NCBI GenBank assembly: GCA_964447415.1
Contig: CAYUSN010000004.1
Span: 1 to 41,199 of the forward strand
Direction: 5' to 3'
DNA length: 41,199 nucleotides
Source: an uncultured Candidatus Saccharibacteria bacterium
GTDB taxonomy: Bacteria > Patescibacteriota > Minisyncoccia > Phycocordibacterales > EsbW-18
Shown here: positions 37,089-41,199 of the stretch, piece after piece
Numbering within the stretch: the stretch's first letter is position 1
Layout: every line of letters starts with the position of its first letter
Made by a program: the position numbers and the translations under genes
Notes under the pieces: generated by a model
Told to the model about the DNA's origin: nothing
What the model saw: the letters and a program-made list of their open reading frames with translations, nothing else
Databases searched by the model: none

Positions 37089-37958
37089 CTAGAACCGAAC
37101 GAACGTGCCGAACGCGTACTCGCCGGTCCGGTCGTCCCACTCGGGAAGGTTAATCCCGCGTGAGTACTTCACACCGATGCCGACGGTCGACGCGCCAACT
37201 GTTCTGGCAACCTCAACATGACCACGCCAGACGAGTCCTTCGCCGGCGCCGAATGCGCCCGTGTCGTACAGAACCACCGCGCCACTTTCGGCTGACCATA
37301 ACTCCCACTCGCGCGACAGTGTCGCCCCGAAATGGAAGTTGTAGCCGGAAGGTAGTCCGTCGTGCTTCAGTGGCCAGTAGTAGTCACCCCGAAGGAACGC
37401 GCTAAGCGACCATGCACCCTCTGTGAACGTGCGCGTCGTGATTTGTGCGTACATCCATCCGAGATCCGGACCCGCATCGTCGGCAGCGACGATGTAGGAA
37501 ACACCGATGTCGACGTTGTCATTCGGCGCGTAGCCGAATGAAATATCAACCTCGTCGCCGTAAGACGACATCCAGGCTCCTTCGGCCCGTGATCCCCAGA
37601 CATCGATGTAGAAGTCCTTGATGCCGATGGTGATGTTTCCCTGGAGCACCGGTTTGTCGTGCGCAATACCCCCGGTCAACTGCTCGTACTGCGACCAGAG
37701 CTCGACACTGCCGGAGAATGTGACGAATGGCTCTTCTTGCTCCGTCATGTACGACGGCACGATCTGAGTCCCCGTCACGAATGCCGAGGTCAGGATGAGC
37801 TCTTCGTAGTCCAGCTCCTGTCCGCGCGCGCAGTGCGCGCCGAAGAAGAAACCGATTCCCATCGTGATGAGCGCGAGAATGAGGCCCCACGCCAACGCCT
37901 GACGTCGCCCGCGACGCTCCTTGTCGAACTCGTCGAGCCCCCTCTTCAGTTCGCTCAT
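37089..37958 (-). CDS. Hypothetical protein with beta-barrel-like (outer-membrane-protein-like) sequence pattern
   Basis: 289 aa. An Arg-rich N-terminus plus hydrophobic segment (RRGRRQALAWGLILALITMGIGFFFGA) is followed by about 10 short alternating hydrophobic/polar, aromatic-rich segments (ITIGIKDFYIDVWG, VDISFGYA, VDIGVSYIVA, WSLSAFLRGDYYW, YNFHFGATLS, LVWRGHVEVA, TVGIGVKYS). The C-terminus is YAFGTFVRF. Confidence 0.6.
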   Translation of the reverse strand: MSELKRGLDEFDKERRGRRQALAWGLILALITMGIGFFFGAHCARGQELDYEELILTSAFVTGTQIVPSYMTEQEEPFVTFSGSVELWSQYEQLTGGIAHDKPVLQGNITIGIKDFYIDVWGSRAEGAWMSSYGDEVDISFGYAPNDNVDIGVSYIVAADDAGPDLGWMYAQITTRTFTEGAWSLSAFLRGDYYWPLKHDGLPSGYNFHFGATLSREWELWSAESGAVVLYDTGAFGAGEGLVWRGHVEVARTVGASTVGIGVKYSRGINLPEWDDRTGEYAFGTFVRF

Positions 37959-38010
37959 TTTCCATCCCTTTCGTGGATGCGTGTTACGTTTGTGAAAACT
38001 GCTTCTGACG

Positions 38011-38036
38011 AGAACTATAGCAAAAAAACCTTATTT
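38011..38036 (-). terminator. Rho-independent terminator after recO
   Basis: The minus strand reads AAAACCTT-gacaaat-AAGGTTTT followed by a T-run. A TATAGT -10 for the next operon lies at 38005-38010. Confidence 0.55.
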
Positions 38037-38062
38037 GTCAAGGTTTTGCACGAAACTAAAAA

Positions 38063-38656
38063 CTACAGGTGCGACGCTTCCAGTGCGCGGTTGATTTCTG
38101 CAACCGCCTTTTTATGTACAGGAGCAAACGATTCAATAAGCTCTATAGAGAATTCCTCCGGAATCGAAAGGTGCAATGCATAGTGCGCGTCATGTTGCAC
38201 ATATCCGAGCACATTGAGGATTCGCAGTACAAAAAGCGCCTCAAACCACTTCACGTTTTCGGCGGTAACAGCTCCTTTTTCCAGAAATAATAGACCGTTC
38301 CACACCACATCAAACAGCTCGTTTCCCTTCTCTTCTCCGACAACAAGCCGGCGAATAAGCGAGAATACGCGTGACAACAGCGCGTGCGCATGCGGATTAT
38401 CTTTGTGTGTTGCGTGCAACGATACCAACGGCGTCACATTCGTCAGCCGCCATCCGCCGCGGCTCCGCACAAGCGACACATCACACACTGACAGCAGCTG
38501 CAATCCGTAGCGTTGCCGAGACGACGTACTGCGCGATGACTGACAGCGCGCAAACACCACCCCCATATCAGCGGTAAACAGCCGGTATGTGCGGCTCGCC
38601 TCTCCGACATCGTAATGTCCGAGAATAATTGCGCGAGTATGCGTTTTACTGTACAT
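38063..38656 (-). CDS. recO: DNA repair protein RecO
   Basis: 197 aa. The N-terminal OB pattern is AIILGHYDVGEASRTYRLFTADMGVVFARCQSSRSTSSRQRYGLQ, followed by a helical C-terminal half. Short form without an obvious Zn finger. Confidence 0.65.
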   Translation of the reverse strand: MYSKTHTRAIILGHYDVGEASRTYRLFTADMGVVFARCQSSRSTSSRQRYGLQLLSVCDVSLVRSRGGWRLTNVTPLVSLHATHKDNPHAHALLSRVFSLIRRLVVGEEKGNELFDVVWNGLLFLEKGAVTAENVKWFEALFVLRILNVLGYVQHDAHYALHLSIPEEFSIELIESFAPVHKKAVAEINRALEASHL

Positions 38657-38659
38657 ACA

Positions 38660-41199
38660 CTACGAGACAAATTCAAAACGAAACGTTTCGTCGCCTGTGT
38701 CGCCTGCAACCGCGGACACCCCGCTGAGTTTTGTCGCCTTCATAATCTCCTGTTTGAATTCCTCAACGAGCTCTTTGTACTGCTGGTTTGCTGTAATACG
38801 AAGCTTCGGAGAATCAGCGGGTGTGAGTCCTGACTCTTTTCTGAAATCCTGAATCGCACGGATAAGTTCGCGTACGTCGCCTTCTTTCTGCAATGCAGGC
38901 GTAATATTCGTATCAAGAGACACGTCGAGTCCTGAATCTCCGCCGAACACGATTTCTTTCACATTGATTTCGTCCTTCACCAGCGCTTGCAGTGCATCAT
39001 TACCCTTGAGCACCTCGTGCACAGATCCGAGGGAAAGCGTTGCAAGCGGCTGACGCACCTTAATGCCTGCGGCCATACGCGCCTCAAGCGCCTTTGATAC
39101 CACCTCGCGCACCTCTTTCATTTCTTCCAAGATGGTCTCGCCTCCCGAGGCCTTGGCACAAGAGGGCCAGGTCTCAAGGTGCACACTCTCTTGTTCTCCC
39201 CCCGCCGCGATATACAGTTCCTCGGCGAAAAACGGCGTAAACGGCGCTAGCAGTTTTGCAAGTGTTGCGAGCACGTGACGCATCGTGATTAGCGCCCGCA
39301 TCGCGTCTTCTCCGCCGTCACGGAACCGGTCACGGGAGCGCCGGAGATACCACGTGGAGAGGTCGTTGATGAAATCTTTCAGTGCGCGTGTCGGCGTAAA
39401 AATGTCGTACGACTCAAGTCCATCCGTCACCTCTTTTGTCAACGTGTTGAGACGCGTAAGGATCCAACGGTCAAGTACATGTGTGCTTTCCCGTTTTACG
39501 TCCGTTGTGTGCGGCACGTCCTTTGCATATAGCGCGTAAAATGACACGACGTTGCGGAGTATGTTAAACACCTTTTTACTTACTTCGTCCACCGTTTTTT
39601 CGTCGAAATTTTTCGTATCACCCGGCTGGTTGACGGAATACATCCAAAAACGAATCACATCCACGCTGTGTTTTGCCATCGCCTCCCACGGATTAATGAC
39701 ATTACCGATTGATTTACTCATCTTCTTTCCGTGCGCATCGAGAATGTGCCCGAGACAAATAACGTTTTCATATGCGCGTCCGCGGCCCATGAGCGTACCG
39801 ACCGCGTGCAGTGTGTAAAACCAACCGCGCGTCTGATCTATAGCTTCGGAGATGTAGGCGGCAGGATACGCAAGTTTCTGTTTCTGCCAGAATCGTTTTC
39901 CTCCTTCAAACGGATAGTGGTCCTGCGCAAACGGCATGGAACCGGAATCAAACCATACGTCCATCACCTCAGGTGTTCGCTTCATCGGTGTTTTGCATTT
40001 TGGACACGATACCTGCACCTCATCTATGTATGGCTTGTGTAAATCAATATCAAAATCAGCATTATGCGGGAGTGGAACAAATGAAAACTCCAATGTACCT
40101 GCTAATTCTGGTTCAATGGTCGAACGAATTATGTCTGATCGCTTATCATCCGCACCCTCTAAGATTGCCGGGATTGTCTGGAGCGCGATGCCGTGCGTAA
40201 CCACAATAATGTGCTCATTCTGATGTTTTGCATCAATGTCATACAAGAACTGTGCGAGACGACGCTTCACATCCTGAAAACTTTCACCGTTCGGCAACCT
40301 ATCACTGTATCCAAGATGGTGTTCCTTCCTGTAGGCAAAAACATCCTTGTGCGGTTTGCCATCTAAATCACCATACCCAAACTCTGATAAACGCTCGTCA
40401 ACAATAATGGAGCTTGAAGACAGGCCAATTTCTTTTGCCAAAATTTCTGCTGTTTCTCGAGTGCGAACGAATGGGGACGTGTAAATTTTTTGAACACTTT
40501 TATGCGAAAGCATTCTGCCGACACGTGCGACTTGGGTTTTTCCCTTTTCAGTCACATGGTCTGGGGCATCTGCTTTGGCGTTCGCGGTATCGGAAATATT
40601 GTTCTGTGCCTCTCCGTGACGCACGACAATGAACGTATTTCCACGAGAGACTATTTTCTTTTTTAAATCCGCAATAGAGCCGATAACCTCCATGTGTCCG
40701 CAGGAACACTGCCATGCGGGTAGTGGTGTTCCCCAGTACCGGTCGCGAGAAATCGCCCAATCCTTCACCTCACGGAGCCACTCACCGAAGCGTCCGTCAC
40801 GAATATGCTCTGGTACCCAATTAATCTTTTTGTTCTCCCGCATCAATTCATCGCGCAGAGCCGACATACGGATGTACCACGAATCGCGGGCGTAGTAGAT
40901 AAGTGCAGTGTGACACCGCCAGCAATGTGGGTACGTGTGTGTGACTGTTTCCTTTTTCAGCAATAAGTTCCTGCCCGCCAAATCCTTGATGACATCGACC
41001 GCAACGCTTTCATCGCGTACAAATCGTCCTTCAAACATTCCCGTGCCCTTCAAAAAGTTTCCGTCCTCACCAACGAGATGATGTTTTGGCAAACCTACAC
41101 GATTTCCCAATTCAAAGTCCTCTTGTCCGTACATCACTGCCGTGTGCACAATGCCCGTACCGTCCTCCGTTGTGACAAAATCAGCGGCGTACACCTTGT
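38660..41199 (-). CDS. ileS: Isoleucyl-tRNA synthetase (type 2), C-terminal ~845 aa; N-terminus lies beyond the right edge; contains an inserted histidine-phosphatase domain
   Basis: Motifs YPHCWRCHTALIY, RFGEWLREVKDWAISRDRYWGTPLP, EVMDVWFDSGSMPFAQ, EAIDQTRGWFYTL, KMSKS (GKKMSKSIGN), and an anticodon-binding region. The frame is open to base 41199. Confidence 0.95.
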   Translation of the reverse strand, partial: KVYAADFVTTEDGTGIVHTAVMYGQEDFELGNRVGLPKHHLVGEDGNFLKGTGMFEGRFVRDESVAVDVIKDLAGRNLLLKKETVTHTYPHCWRCHTALIYYARDSWYIRMSALRDELMRENKKINWVPEHIRDGRFGEWLREVKDWAISRDRYWGTPLPAWQCSCGHMEVIGSIADLKKKIVSRGNTFIVVRHGEAQNNISDTANAKADAPDHVTEKGKTQVARVGRMLSHKSVQKIYTSPFVRTRETAEILAKEIGLSSSSIIVDERLSEFGYGDLDGKPHKDVFAYRKEHHLGYSDRLPNGESFQDVKRRLAQFLYDIDAKHQNEHIIVVTHGIALQTIPAILEGADDKRSDIIRSTIEPELAGTLEFSFVPLPHNADFDIDLHKPYIDEVQVSCPKCKTPMKRTPEVMDVWFDSGSMPFAQDHYPFEGGKRFWQKQKLAYPAAYISEAIDQTRGWFYTLHAVGTLMGRGRAYENVICLGHILDAHGKKMSKSIGNVINPWEAMAKHSVDVIRFWMYSVNQPGDTKNFDEKTVDEVSKKVFNILRNVVSFYALYAKDVPHTTDVKRESTHVLDRWILTRLNTLTKEVTDGLESYDIFTPTRALKDFINDLSTWYLRRSRDRFRDGGEDAMRALITMRHVLATLAKLLAPFTPFFAEELYIAAGGEQESVHLETWPSCAKASGGETILEEMKEVREVVSKALEARMAAGIKVRQPLATLSLGSVHEVLKGNDALQALVKDEINVKEIVFGGDSGLDVSLDTNITPALQKEGDVRELIRAIQDFRKESGLTPADSPKLRITANQQYKELVEEFKQEIMKATKLSGVSAVAGDTGDETFRFEFVS

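Noticed and set aside
36835-37958. Calling the beta-barrel cassette a compositional (GC) island
   Set aside because: Hand counts of a few 60-nt rows gave about 55-65% GC here. Other native-looking genes, such as the ATPase, reach similar values (~68% in one row), while others are about 37-48%. Composition is too heterogeneous across the window to support an island claim without proper computation.

Overview
The window is a gene-dense, mostly minus-strand stretch. It looks like a small-genome monoderm bacterium of the Patescibacteria/CPR (Parcubacteria-like) type; that assignment is inference from gene content, not a database result.

Housekeeping genes:
- rmuC (5' part), a P-type cation ATPase, yqeY and ftsK
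- recA, efp, the rpsF-ssb-rpsR operon, tatD and an AI-2E permease
- gatC-gatA, ligA, msrB, tRNA-Ser(GCU), a MutY-like glycosylase, recO and ileS (3' part)

A complete secretin-less type IV pilus (T4P) locus spans about 22.3-34.1 kb. Its order is pilM-N-O-orf-pilB-pilT-orf-pilC, then the major pilin, then pilD with four pilin-like genes. comF sits divergently next to it.

Most notable observations:
1. An apparently intact histidine-phosphatase (RHG/PGM-like) domain of about 195 aa is nested inside the isoleucyl-tRNA synthetase catalytic core, between the two halves of its Cys knuckle.
2. A Y1/HUH (RayT/IS200-like) transposase is bracketed by near-identical perfect palindromes, with extra half-copies inside and beside the gene.
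3. A self-contained two-gene cassette encodes a beta-barrel-like protein ending in Phe plus a small membrane protein. This is odd for an apparently outer-membrane-less organism.
4. A LamG lectin domain is inserted in a PilX-like minor pilin.
5. An exact DnaA-box-like GTTATCCACA element lies 29-30 nt upstream of the -10 box of two surface-protein genes, with a looser third copy at pilD.
6. There is a recurrent TGCTATACT extended -10 box and a TATACT-N6-ATG leaderless layout.
7. A cysteine-free, MutY-like glycosylase is fused to a winged helix.
8. Several repeat-rich or structured intergenic regions occur: pilT-pilC, recA-efp, and the regulator-ftsK divergent region.

No CRISPR array, reverse transcriptase or rRNA was seen. 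All protein family calls rest on motif recognition by eye; no searches were run.
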